DNA of 64,000 nucleotides from Octopus vulgaris (Eukaryota): NCBI GenBank assembly GCA_951406725.2, contig OX597831.1, positions 42,036,001 to 42,100,000 of the forward strand, read 5' to 3'. Shown piece by piece: positions 50,951 to 63,906 of this stretch (position 1 is its first letter; each line of letters starts with the position of its first letter). The notes under the pieces were generated by a model. It saw only the letters and a program-made list of their open reading frames with translations, ran no database searches and was not told where the DNA came from. The position numbers and the translations under genes were made by a program.

Positions 50951-51310
50951 AAAATGCGCGCACGCGAAAGGGGAGTGGGGGAGAGGCCTCGGAAAATTCA
51001 CATCGGGAATTTCCGAAAGCGTCTGAGGGGCTGACCCGGGCACCAAAACAAAAAAAAAAATAGTGTAATATGTGTAAAACAACTTGCTCTAAACGAATAT
51101 GACAAAAAAATGCGCACTCCCGAAAGAGGGGTGGGGGAGAGGCCTCGGAAAATTTACATTGGGAATTTCCGAAAGCGTCTGACCCGGGCACAAAAACAAA
51201 AACAAAAATAGCGTAATAGGTGTAAAACAACTTGCTCTAAACGAATATGATGAAAAAAATGCGCGCTCGCGAAAGGAGGGTGGGAGAGAGGCTTCGGAAA
51301 TTTCACATCT
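50951..51310. repeat. About 2.4 tandem copies of a ~155-bp unit
   Basis: AAAATGCGC..CGAAAG.GGG.TGGG.GAGAGGC.TCGGAAA repeated at 50951, 51107 and 51256. Confidence 0.85.
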
Positions 51311-51396
51311 TCAGTCCACATTTTTTTTTTGTTTCTTTGAATGGTGTAACGCTTTAGTTTAACCATAATAATAATAATAACAATAACAACAACAAC

Positions 51397-51464
<68 letters not shown>

Positions 51465-51465
51465 T

Positions 51466-51512
<47 letters not shown>

Positions 51513-51513
<1 letters not shown>

Positions 51514-52200
51514 GTCTTAGCACCAGTGGAGTATAAATTAAGACATGACAGAGTTGGCCACTATCTACACTGGCTAATAAGTCGGCATTACAATATCAAA
51601 ACTGCCGACAAGTGGTATAATCACCACCCTGAGGCTGTAACTGAAGGAGAAAATGTAACCATTCTGTGGGACTTTCCAATACATACAGACCGAACCATCA
51701 AGGCCAATAAACCAGATATTGTTGTGAAAGACCAAAACAATAAAGTTTGCTTATTGATCGACATGAGCATCCCCTGTGATCATAATATCTCAGCGAAAGA
51801 GTTTGACAAGCTCAGAAAATATAAAGACCTACTCATTGAAATTGAGAAAATGTGGCATCTCAAGGCGGTTACAATACCAGTGATCGTAGGAGCACTAGGA
51901 ATGATCAAGAAGGGAACCGAAAATTATATGAGAATGATCCCTGGCTTACCATCCCTGCAAGAAGTGCAAAAGATTGTCTTAACTGGTACATCACACGTAT
52001 TGAGAAGAGCATTGTCGATGTGAGAACTGTTGCTGCTCATGTATTTTAATTTAACTTAAAAAAAAAAAAAAAAAATGAACGAACTACTGAGTTTGGTTTA
52101 ATGGCCTACCAATATACACTATGAGTTTCTTTGCCCTAGGAGTCGGGAAGACACTCGGCAAGAAATGGAAGAAAATTTGAAAGAAGAAAAAAATAAATAA
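51513..52200 (+). mobile_element. Second R4/Dong 3' fragment (intact RLE-domain frame 51526-52023) flanked on both sides by (AAT)n
   Basis: RHDRVGHYLHW...ILWDFPIHTD...NKPDIVV...LLIDMSIP...KYKDL...IPVIVGALG. Confidence 0.9.
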
Positions 52201-53349
52201 TAAATAATAATAATAATAATAATAATAATTCGTTCGTTTATTGGTCACAAGGGCTAACGAAAATCAATTAAAACATAAAGGGACAAAACACAGGACGAAA
52301 GTTGCAAAGGGTTTTGTCCGTTTAATAATAATGTCACAAGAGCAGCCATTGTAATATTAATTGCAGGATGTGTGAGGCTTCCCAACTAAGGAAATACATG
52401 GAATATGGAAATCCACGGTCGAGGGGAGGTAATTCAGTGAGTATAATTCTTAATCCTATACATACATATGTTTATGTATCTCCTTTAATCAATGATGAGG
52501 ATTCAATTTGACCAACAGAATTACCTGGGCCTGAATTGATGTGTAAGTGGCTGAGTATTCCTTAACCATAATTCTCAAACAAAACCAGTATGACACTGTG
52601 GGTAATGAGCCCGCACTATGATCTGGCAAAGAAGTACTCAATACAAACGTAGAGTGCTATAGTTTATTACGTTGATGTAGTTCAGTCTGGTGGCCTGTTA
52701 TGTGTAGCTAATTCTTTCGAGAAATTAAACTGGGACCAATTACATGACCAGCTTATATAATAAAAAGGCGGCGAGCTGGCAGAAACGTTAGCACGCTGGG
52801 CGAAATGCGTAGCCGTATTTCGTCTGCCGCTACGTTCTGAGTTCAAATTCCGCCGGGGTCGACTTTGCCTTTCATCCTTTCGGGGTCGATAAATTAAGTA
52901 ACAGTTACGCACTGGGGTCGATGTAATCGACTTAATTCGTTTGTCTGTCCTTGTTTGTCCCCTCTGTGTGTAGCCCCTTGTGGGTAATTAAGAAACATAT
53001 ATAATAGAAAGAGAGCTTGTAGTGTGTTTGTATGTTATTTCCCATTAATTGTGAAACAATGAACAAAGTATATAAAAAAAACTCAATACCTTTGTATAAT
53101 CAATATTTATTGCATTGATTGTAGTTCAGTTTACAGCACTTATTTACTTCATGTTGCATATTCATAGGGTATGCTTGGAGTATTCTGAAGAAATCTTTAA
53201 AATAATTCAAATACATGCACTTGCTTTTGGTAAAGATTATTAACACAAGGGTGATACCTGGACCCTCTCAACACGAGGTAAGATTAGAAATTTGAATTTG
53301 AAATTAAGGAATTCAAGGAAGAAAATGCATAAAGCTCACTTATCAGTTT

Positions 53350-54096
53350 TCGTAAATCCTCGAGTATAATCCGCACTTTTTTACCAAAAATTTAAAGGTC
53401 AAAATCCCGAGTGCGTGCTATATACGAGGTAAAAAATGAAAGATATTTTCTAAGCAATGTCCGAGTCTCTATTTGCTGTCCAGCAATGTTTATTCAGACA
53501 CATTTTGTGATGTCGGGTGTGAAAATACGTTAAGCTAAGCCTGAAAGCAATGAAGTCATAAAAGAATCATCCATAACTTGCAGTAAGCAACATTTATTAA
53601 ACATTATTACTGTTATTTCTTTATTTTCTGCCAACAAAATGCACAAAAATGCTACACGTTTGCATTATGTTATATATACAATAATAATAAAGGACGTTAC
53701 CGTATACAGTTTTACAAACCAAGGACGTTATATAGACCTCATTAAGGCGGCGAGCTGGCAGAATCGTTAGCACATCGGGCGAAATGCTTAGCGGTATTTC
53801 GGCTGCCGTTACGTTCTGAGTTCAAATTCCGCCGAGGTCGACTTTGCCTTTCATCCTTTCGGGGTCGATAAATTAAGTACCAGTTACGCACTGGGGTCGA
53901 TGTAATCGACTTAATACCTATGTCTGTCCTTGTTTGTCCCCTCTGTGTTTAGCCCCTTGTGGGTAATAAAGAAATAGTTATATAGACCTCCTTGACTCAA
54001 GTTAGAGAAGGGGTGCGTATTATACACAAGGTTTAGGTTTTTCAGAGGTACAGCCCCCTAAAAATCCCCTGCGTATTATACTCAAGGATTTACGGT
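53350..54096. mobile_element. Non-autonomous Tc1/mariner-superfamily (Tc2/pogo-like) element carrying a nested SINE (53741-53976)
   Basis: TIRs CGTAAATCCTCGAGTATAA / TTATACTCAAGGATTTACGG; SINE TSD GTTATATAGACCTC at 53727-53740 and 53977-53990. Confidence 0.75.
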
Positions 54097-54880
54097 TATT
54101 TATGACCTTCTTACAATTTCCAGTTTGTGGTAATCATATATTGCACTATTTCACTCTTCAACATGATTTAACCTGTAACTTATTAACTCGATAGCTTTTG
54201 AATTGAGACATTTCATTAACATTAACCCCTTGACGCCGGTATTACCCGAAGCATGCGAGACACTGCTCCGATCTTTTTTTATTTAATGAGGCCACACAGA
54301 CACACAAGTGCCAACGAGCTCGCGTCTATTTACGTTCACCGTTACAATAACATAGCGTCGTATATTTACGTCTACCGGTTTATGAAAACAAACTATGTGA
54401 AGCTATTTCTCTTTCTCTCTTTTACTTGTTTCAGTCATTTGACTGTGACCATGCTGTGGCCATAAGCAGGGCTTATTCTTTGTAAGCCTAGTACTTATTC
54501 TATCGGTCTCTTTTGCCGAACCGCTAAGTTACGGGGACGTAAACACACAAGCATCGGTTGTCAAGTGATGTTGTGGAGACAAACACAGACACACAAACAT
54601 ATACACACGCAGATACATATATACGACAGGTTTCTTTCAGTTTCCGTCTACCATATCCACTCACAAGGATTTGGTCGGCCCGAGACTATAGTAGAAGACA
54701 CTTATCCAAGGTGCTACGCAGTGAGACTGAACCCAGAACCATGTGGTTGGTAAGCAAGCTACTTACCACACAGCCACTCCTACGCCTAGTTATCATAATA
54801 TGATATGCACGAGTTATTTTGCTCAAGTTCAAAAAATAGCTTGCGTGTGGTACAACTCAAAACACGGTATTATGCATGTA

Positions 54881-55113
54881 TAAGGCGGCGAGCTGGCAGA
54901 AACGTTAGCACGCCGGGCAAAATGCTTAGCGGTATTTCGTCTGCGTTACGTTGTGAGTTCAAATTCCGCCGAGGTCGACTTTGCCTTTCATCCTTTCGGG
55001 GTCGATAAATTAAGTACCAGTTACGCACTGGGGTCGATGTAATCGACTTAATACCTATGTCTGTCCTTGTTTGTCCCCTTTGTGTTTAGCCCCTTGTGGG
55101 TAATAAAGAAATA
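54881..55113 (+). mobile_element. Young tRNA-derived SINE with 15-bp TSD
   Basis: TSD GGTATTATGCATGTA at 54866-54880 and 55114-55128; near-identical to copies at 52765 and 53741. Confidence 0.9.
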
Positions 55114-56547
55114 GGTATTATGCATGTAAAGTATCCGCATGTCATTGGTCTACAGCCAGTCTCATGACCTGAACGTAACCTAAAATAGCTAAGACAATGC
55201 GGGTAGGCAAGTGAAAGTGTGATCGCATATTTGCGTCAACCGTTGTCAAGGGGTTAAAGATGAAATTAATTACAATCTCATGGAAGTTCGTGGAATGTTT
55301 TTTCCTCTTTCTCATAGAATGTCGGTAGTTGTCTGACAAAAGCAGCGTCAGAATTATTGATCTCTCATAGCCGAATCTAATTCTGCTGTGATGGCTTATG
55401 ATATCTTATGATTCAGATGACATTTTTCTTGTTTATTTTCACATATAAATTAACATGCAAATATGCACACACATGCACAAATCTGGACACACACACACAC
55501 ACATTTACACATGCATACACACATGCACAAAAATATACACAGATCTATATGTATAATTTATGCAATGACATGCTTTAACATATATACACATATACACACA
55601 CAAGTAGTACACAATAACACATGCTATATAACATATCTGCACATGTGCATACATACACAAGCATATACATATACCCACATATACATACAGAAACATACTT
55701 TTATGCATGCATACATACATGCATATTAATATATTCATGCATGCTCCAATACCCAAATCGGCACATACACGCAAACATAAAATGCATATCTTTTACCTTT
55801 TCCTTGCTTCAGTCATTGGACTGCAGCCATGCTCGGGTACTGCCTTGGTAGATTTTAATTGAATGCATCGATCTCAGCGTCTCTTTTTAAAGCCCGGTGC
55901 TTATTTTATCAATCTATTTTGTCAAATTTGCTAAGTTACAGGGATATAAACAAACCAACACCAGTTGCCAAGTTATGGTGGGAGATAAACACATGCAAGC
56001 ACAACACACACACGTACGTAGAAACACACACACACACACACACACAAACACGATGAGATTCTTTCAGTTTCTATCTATCAAATCTACTTTGCTAAATGAG
56101 GGCTGTAGTGGAAGACACTTACCCAAGGTGTCATGCATTGGGATTGAACCCAGAACAATTTGGTTCTGGATTCAGTCACACCTGCATATATAAATATATT
56201 ACACATATACAAATATATTACACATATACATATGTGTATATATAAATATATTATATATAAATATATTACACGTATACATATTTGTATATATAAATATATT
56301 ATATATAAATATATTACACGTATACAATATAAATATATTACACATAAATATAAATATATTACACATATACAAATACACATAAATATATTACACATATACA
56401 AATAAACATACATATGCATACATACTCATATGCACAAATACTTAGAATCACACTACTCAAGTATAATGACACACTAGAACAATATTTATATTTTAAATTT
56501 CTTTATTCATCTCAAATTACATTTTTCCTAAAAGTGGAAGACCTTTC

Positions 56548-56569
56548 TTAACCAGTTTGTTCCAGGAGA
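56548..56569 (-). CDS. Peptide gene 3, terminal coding exon C: (V)LLEQTG*
   Basis: Polypyrimidine tract plus CTAG acceptor, TAA stop, AATAAA at 56502-56507; paralogous to 22712-22733. Confidence 0.85.
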
Positions 56570-56862
56570 CTAGAAAAAAAGAAGAAAAGAAAGAAAATCA
56601 TTGTAGAGGAAGAATTTAATTATTAATTAAAAATTTAAGGCTGGCAGGATGATTAGCACACCAGGTAAAATGCTTAGTAATATTTCCATCTATCTTTGTT
56701 TTCTGAGTTCAAATTCTTCCTAAGTTAACTTTGCCTTTCACTTTTCAAGGGACTATAAAATAAGTAGCAGTCAAGGACTAGGGGGTTGATGCAATCAACT
56801 GGCCCCCTCCTCTCAAATTTCAGGCCTTGTGCCTATAGTAGAAAGGATTATTAATCACCATA

Positions 56863-57140
56863 TTTCAACATGTATAAGGAACGCAGCAAGTATAGATGGG
56901 CTGGTCACGTCGCCCGGCTCACCGATAATCGGTGGATGCACGCAGTTGTCGAGTGGTACCCGCGTGAGCGGAAAAGACCACCCGGAAGATATCCACGATG
57001 GTGGAATTACGATTTCAGGAGGACGATTGGGATCACGTGGATGAGAAAGGCGCGATCCAGAGAGGAGTGGACAGCGTGCTGTGACCAGCAGTGTCAAATG
57101 GACGCCTGACGGACTGGTCGGTCATAGTGATCAAAGTGAT
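56863..57140 (+). mobile_element. RTE LINE 3' fragment in an intron of gene 3
   Basis: RWAGHVARLTDNRW...EWYPRERKRPPGRYPRWW. Confidence 0.85.
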
Positions 57141-60100
57141 AAGGAACCCATTTTTGTCAAAAATTAGGCTAAAAAAATATGGGATTTTCTTACACTATAG
57201 TATTATAGATATTAATAAATTACTTAATTCCTTGAAACACAAATCTCCAAATTAGTAGGGTTCCTTATACAAGTTAAAAATGGTAAGTATCTAAGGCAGT
57301 GAGCGGGCAGAAGTGTTGGCAATTTGGACAAATGCTTAGCAACATTTCTTCCAGCTTTACAGTATGAGTTCAAATTCTGTTGAGGTCAGCTTTGTCTTTC
57401 ATCCTTTCAGAGTCAATAAATTAAGTACCAGTTGAACACTGGAGCCTTGCAAGAACAGATTGGAGCCTGGTGCAGCCTCCTGGCTTGCCAGTTCTCAGTG
57501 AAACCTATTTCTTTACTACCCACAAGGGACTAAACACAGAGAGGACAAACAAGGACAGACAAACGGATTAAGTCGATTATATCGACCTCAGTGCGTAACT
57601 GGTACTTAATTTATCAACCCCGAAAGATTAAAGGGCAAAGTCGACCTTGGCGGAATTTGAACTCAGAATGTAACGGCAGACGAAATACGGCTACGCATTT
57701 CGCCCGGCATGCTAACGTTTCTGCCAGCTCGCCACCTTCCCTACTAAAATAAATGTACCTATTTCTTTACTAACCACAAGGGGCCAGCATGGAAAGTGGA
57801 CGTTAAACGATGATGATGATGAGCTGGCAGAATTGTTAACATGCTAGACAAAATGCTTAGTGGCATTTTCATCTGTCTTTCATCTTTCTGAGTTCAAATT
57901 GAACCGAAGCCAGCATAGAAAGTGGACATTAAACAATGATGATGATGATGATGATGAGCTGGTTAATTGTTAACATGCTAGACAAAATGCTTAGTGGCAT
58001 TTTCATCTGTCTTTCATCTTTCTGAGTTGAAATTCCACCAATGACAACTTTGCCTTTCATCCTTTCAGGGTCAATAGACTGAGTACCAGTTGAGCCCTAG
58101 AGTATATGTAATTGACCATCCCCCACCCCCACTACCAAATTTCAGGCCTTGTGAACAAATGATTGTTAATTAAAAATTTAAGCAGTTTCATAATTTCAGA
58201 ATTAACAAATAATGAAGTTGAGATAAGGTTCGTAGTTTTCATCAGGTTTGGTTTTCATGCTTCCCCTCATCTATGGTCAAGAATGTTGGGTAACAACAGA
58301 AACAGTAGGATTGCAAATACAAGTGGTCAAAATGGGGTTCCTCAGAGGGATATCTGGAACATTGTTATTCCACATGGTGCATAATTTGAAGATTAAGTAG
58401 CCTCTCCAAATGAAGCCACTTCTCCAGACTGAAAGGTCACAGTTCAAGCCACCACAGACATGTGATTAGAATATCACAGGTAAGAATACCAAGTTGGTTT
58501 TCAAGGTGAGCCAACTGGCTGGAAACCTAGGGGTAGACCAGGAGCAAGATGGTTGGATGATATCCATAGTCTTAGTTGGTCACTATTGGGAATCCAACCA
58601 GAAAGTGTAATGACAGATGCTTCTGATAGGACCATACAGAGGGAGTTCTTGAAATCTCTCCTCCCAAGACCATCTCAGGAATAGTAAGCAGAGAAAATGG
58701 ATTGATGGGTGGAAAATTAACCCTAGAACTACACTGTGGAAGAGCCTTTGAATAACATGCAAAGATGTTGAATTTACTTCAAATTTAAATTGCATTACAG
58801 GTGTAGGTATGGCTTAGATGCAGGTGGGACAGTGTGGTTAAGAAACTTGTCTCCCAACCATGTAGTTTCAGGTTCAATTTCACTACACAGCATCTCAGGC
58901 AAGTATCTTCTTACTTATAGCCTTGTGCCGACCAAAGCCTTGTGAGTGGATTTGGTAGACGGAAACTGAAAGAAGCCTGTCGTATATATGTATACATATA
59001 TATGCGTGTGTGTGTTTGTGTGTCTATGTCCTTGTCACAGTGAAGATGTGTGGCTTAGTGGTTTGGGTGTTGGACTCATGATTATAAGATTGCAGTTTCA
59101 ATTCCTGGACCATGTGACACATTGTGTTCTTGAGCAAGACACTCCATTTCATGTTGCTCCAGTCCACTCAGCTGGCAAAAATGAGTAATCCTGAGAGAGT
59201 ATGTAGTTTCGGGTTCAATTTCACTACACAGCATCTCAGGCAAGTATCTTCTTACTTACAGCCTTGTGTCCATGATTATAAGATTGCAGTTTCAATTCCT
59301 GGACCAGGTGACACATTGTTTTCTTGAGCAAAACACTCAATTTCATGTTGCTCCAGTCCACTGAGCTGGCAAAAATGAGTAATCCTGCAACAGTCAGGAG
59401 TTCCATCCAGGTGGGGAATTTATATGGAAACCAGGAAACCAGCCGTTATGAGTTGGTATGACTGAAGAAGATAACTTCACTTTATTTACATATCCTTGTC
59501 ATGTGGTGGCTGTAAACGAGTGTCACCATCATACAAACAGTGTTGTTCATATGCAGTGTTCTGCGAAAAACATGTCTGATCATGGGGAAATGTTACCAGT
59601 CTTGGAAACAGGTGTATGCTGGTGACAGTATGAACATTTGGACATAGAAAATATGTCACAACAAAAATCCAGTTGACCCATGCCAACATGGAAAAACAGA
59701 TATTAAAACGATGATGATGATGAACTCATAGAATAAATCTAATTGTGAAATTCATTTTAAATACAAATTTATTTAATGGATCATAGAATAAATTAAAATT
59801 TATATATAAAAATTTATAATGAGCTTGAAATATATTTTAAGTGAATTTTAACAGTTTTGTACATTCTTAGGTACTTCTTCCCTGATGTAGTTTATTTCAG
59901 TTTCAAAAGACATGGTTGAACATAGATTTGTGCAACTGGAAAGTCTTTCCCTCTCCAGGGTACAGGCCAGAGCAATATTTTTATTCATTCATTCATGTAG
60001 CGGACAAACATTTGTCCTGTTGGGGGCAAGCTTCCCTTCTCTCTTTCACAAAGGTTGATTTCCAAAGGAAAAACAAGGATAATGTGGCTTAGAACTGTGT

Positions 60101-61222
60101 TGCCACATGCATTGTGTGTGAGGACATAAAGGACCATAATGCATAAAGTGAGGTTCTAACAGTTCCATTATCTTATATCACCCTATATCGGTAGATTAGT
60201 ACGTATTTGTTGCTCTGAGAAACGATGGGAAACAAAGTTGACTTTGGTAGGATTTGAACCCAGAGAGCATAGGGCTGAAACAGATAATGGAAATCTCTAA
60301 CAGTTCTGCCAGTCAGGTATTTTTGATTGACAGAAGGTGTTTTTGACTCCACCTATCAGAAGCGATGGAATACAAAGTTAATCTCGGCAAAAATTGAATG
60401 AGGAAAGAGAATTAGGGTGAAAACTCCAAGACATATCCAACACTAATGGCTTGGGCAATTTACCATCTTATAGTATAACGGCTTCAAACTGAGGTACAAT
60501 GCTAGTCAATCCCAAGGGAGGTGATTTATCGATGCCATTAACTCTGGTACTTGACTGGTATGAAACTCAATTTGCATCAGTGTGATTCTGAGTTCGCTCC
60601 TACTGCATAGCACCTTGGGCAAGTGTCTTCAGCTTTGGTCCTGAGCTGACTAATGCTTTGTGTGCAAATTTGGTACATGGAAACTGTGTGGAAGCCTGTC
60701 ATATGTGTGTGTAATGTGTGTGTGCATGTGTGTGTGTGTGTGTGTACGTGCATGTGGGAAAGGACTTTGATATACTGAAAGAGCCAAACATACTTTAGCA
60801 GCAAGGTAATTTGCATTAAAAATGAGCTCAGAGAAATAACTGAGAATGGTCAGTAGCATGTCTTTGAACAACATAGAAAAATACAGGTATATCAAATACC
60901 ATACAACATAAACTCTTGATTTATCAAAATTATTTCCATCTCAAGAGATATGTCATAATTATCAAGTGGCAATTCAGACCAAGGGAAGATAATTATAAAA
61001 CTCAAAAATTCTCTGAAGTAGGAGCAAAACCTGCTTTATGAGTCACATAAAATAGATTTGTGGGGCTTGGCCGGAAACCATAATCCAATAGCTGTAGTTG
61101 TATGGTTTGAACTTATGACTAAAATGGTTCTAATTCAGCAACTTAATCTCACAGTATCTACTTTTAAGACTGAAAATTCTCAGTCTCAGAAAGGAACAAA
61201 GAAACACAAAGCACCAACTTAC

Positions 61223-61337
61223 ACTTTGCATGCTGCTGAGCACAAAAATGTCCAGAAACCACCAACATAGTCTTCACAAGCGTTCACACAACCACCAGAT
61301 AAATCTAGGTTCTGTAGATGAGCAATAATGTCATCAA
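61223..61337 (-). CDS. Peptide gene 3, coding exon B (115 nt): IDDIIAHLQNLDLSGGCVNACEDYVGGFWTFLCSAACK
   Basis: TCTCTTTCAG acceptor, GTAAGT donor, open frame with the twin CX3C motif. Confidence 0.92.
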
Positions 61338-62554
61338 CTGAAAGAGATTAAAAACATCAACAATGATAAAAAAAAATAATAACAACAACAGTGTCCTTGT
61401 GGTTATGTATTTTTAAATTTTAAGGACAGATGAAAATTATGAAAAGATGTAAAGTGGCAAAGTGGAAGAATCATTAGCACTTTGGTCAAAAAGCTTAGAA
61501 TATTTCTTCAGGTTTTATGTTCTGAGCTCAAATCTTGTTGAGGTAAACTTTACTTTTCAACATTTCAAGGTTGATAAAATAAGGATCAGTCAAAACTGGG
61601 GTTGTTTTACTGAGTTTCTCCCCTCCTCTCAAAATGGCTGGCCTTGTGCCAAAATAGAAAGAAGTATTTGCTAAAAGGTTTGCTCTTCTTTGTATCATTT
61701 TTGGTGTGGCATGTAACATCATGTGAAATCAGATCCAAATTATTGGGACTATATTTCTACTTCTTCTTGTGTTAATAAGAGGACTTCTATACAGTTTCTC
61801 AATGTAAATGAAAAAAAGAAAACAAAAAGAAACTTCAGCCAGGTCACCATATCTTACTCAAATAACAACCTATCTTAAAAAATATAAGGACACACTGGAT
61901 AATGTAATCCTACATAAAAAAAGAGTGTTTTGTAACCTTGCAGATACTTGATAGATAGAATTCAATAAATAAATATTTAAAGAAAATATTTCCATTCAAT
62001 ATCATCTTCATCATTTAATGTCCATTGTCCATGCTGGCATGGGTTGGGCTGGTACGTTGAGGGGCTGTGCCAGATTCCAGTCTGATTTAGCATGGTTCCT
62101 ATGGCTGGATGCCCTTCCTAATGCAAACCACTCCAAGAGTGTAATGGGTGCTTTTACGTGTCACAGGCACAAGTGCCAGTTGTGTCACACCAATATCTGC
62201 AATGAATATGATTTCACTTGGCTTGATGTATCTTCCTTCTCAAACAGAGCATATTGTCAAAGGTCTCAGTCATTTGTCATTGCCTCTGGGAGGGCCAGTG
62301 CTCAAAAAGTGTTTTTTACATGTCACTGGCATGGTTGCCATTTCCTTGACACTGACAATGGTCACAAATTACAGAAATATGACTGAAGCAAAGATATGGA
62401 CCTGAGGATTGTGCCTAGTCATTCTGTTTGACTAGGGCTGACTTAGAAGTTGTATGACAAAAGTAAGATAACTACTTTAGAATACTTAGATACCTTTTCA
62501 GCCAGAGTTAGCCCAGACAAAGGCAAATTCAAAAGCACTACCTGTGAAGACATT

Positions 62555-62778
62555 TAACCCTTTAGCATATAAACCAGCCATATCAAGCCAAAATATTCTG
62601 CCTGTTTTAAGTTAAACTGACCAGATCCAAGCTCTCATACCTACCCTACAATGTCATTCTAAAATATACAATCACATTATTACCATATTGAAACTATGGG
62701 ATTATGCCTGATAAATTCAAAACAATGTGAAGAAATAAGCAATACATATGACAAAGGAATCTGATTGCTAAAGGGTTT
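62555..62778. mobile_element. Small TIR element (MITE, piggyBac-like ends) in an intron of gene 3
   Basis: TTAACCCTTTAGCA ... TGCTAAAGGGTT; lies in a segment absent from the gene-2 intron. Confidence 0.6.
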
Positions 62779-63090
62779 TATGTTACAGTCATACTTTGTG
62801 GGGCCATAGCTCATTTGAGTAAAGAGTTATTGTTTACAGAGATGAATCTGGGTGTAAAATGGTTTATTTGGAATTTGTAGGAGAAATTTTTCCATGAACC
62901 ATTTCAATGCTATGAGCTTTTACTTCCCTTTATGTGTCTTGGTATGATGTTAAAAAGAGTAGGTCCAGTTGAGGTGAAATAGTTCTGTCTTAGTGTTATG
63001 ATGTGGCACAAGCACAAATTTTGCATCGGACTTTTGTCTCAAAATAAAGAGGTCCTTTTGAAGAAGATATATATAACTTGGAAAACTTAC

Positions 63091-63181
63091 TTGAAATTCT
63101 CTTATCTATTTCATCTTCAGAATACAAACTGGCACACAGTACCATAGGCACAAGGGCCAAGAAGAAAAGTACGGCTTTCAT
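63091..63181 (-). CDS. Peptide gene 3, coding exon A: MKAVLFFLALVPMVLCASLYSEDEIDKRIS. Full CDS complement(join(56548..56569,61223..61337,63091..63181)), 75 aa; leader exon presumably beyond the window
   Basis: Same acceptor and 5' UTR as gene 2; signal peptide, KR, GTAAGT donor at 63085-63090. Confidence 0.92.
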
Positions 63182-63468
63182 GTTATTCAGTTTCTGGTAA
63201 AATAAGAAAACACGTGAAATCTATGAGACAGGATTACAAAGGGAAGGAGTTGAGAAAATTACAATGAAGTATGTTTGGGAGGAATGTATTAAGACCCATT
63301 GGTCCAGGAGGTTACAGCTCACACACACACACAAAGTATATTCAAACATTGATATTTGTCAAGCAAATTTGGAAGAGAGAACTCAATTCATTGCCTGGCT
63401 CTCCATTGGTTATGACAATGAGAGTTCCAGTTGATTCAAACAATGGAACAGCCTGCTCATGAAATTAT

Positions 63469-63514
<46 letters not shown>

Positions 63515-63718
63515 ATTAATATATACATATATATATATATATATATATCCATTTATATATATATATACATATCCATTTGTACATATATATATATATATAT
63601 ATATATAAATGGATATATACATATATATATATGTGTGTGTGTTTGTGTATGTGATATATATATATATATATATATATAAATGGATATATACATATATATA
63701 TATGTGTGTGTGTTTGTG

Positions 63719-63767
<49 letters not shown>

Positions 63768-63906
63768 CAATAAAGATTCAAGTCAATTTTAATGAATTTA
63801 CTTGAATATGGTACCTAACTTAGATGCACCAAAAAACTATACGGTTTTAACCATACAGTAATGTGGGGTGATTATAAGCGAGAAAGAAGCAACAAAAATG
63901 GATAAG

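Noticed and set aside
62996-63181. 61-aa single-exon secreted peptide from the ORF track
   Set aside because: It reads through the GTAAGT donor at 63090; the true continuation is the 115-nt exon at 61337, as in the paralogs.
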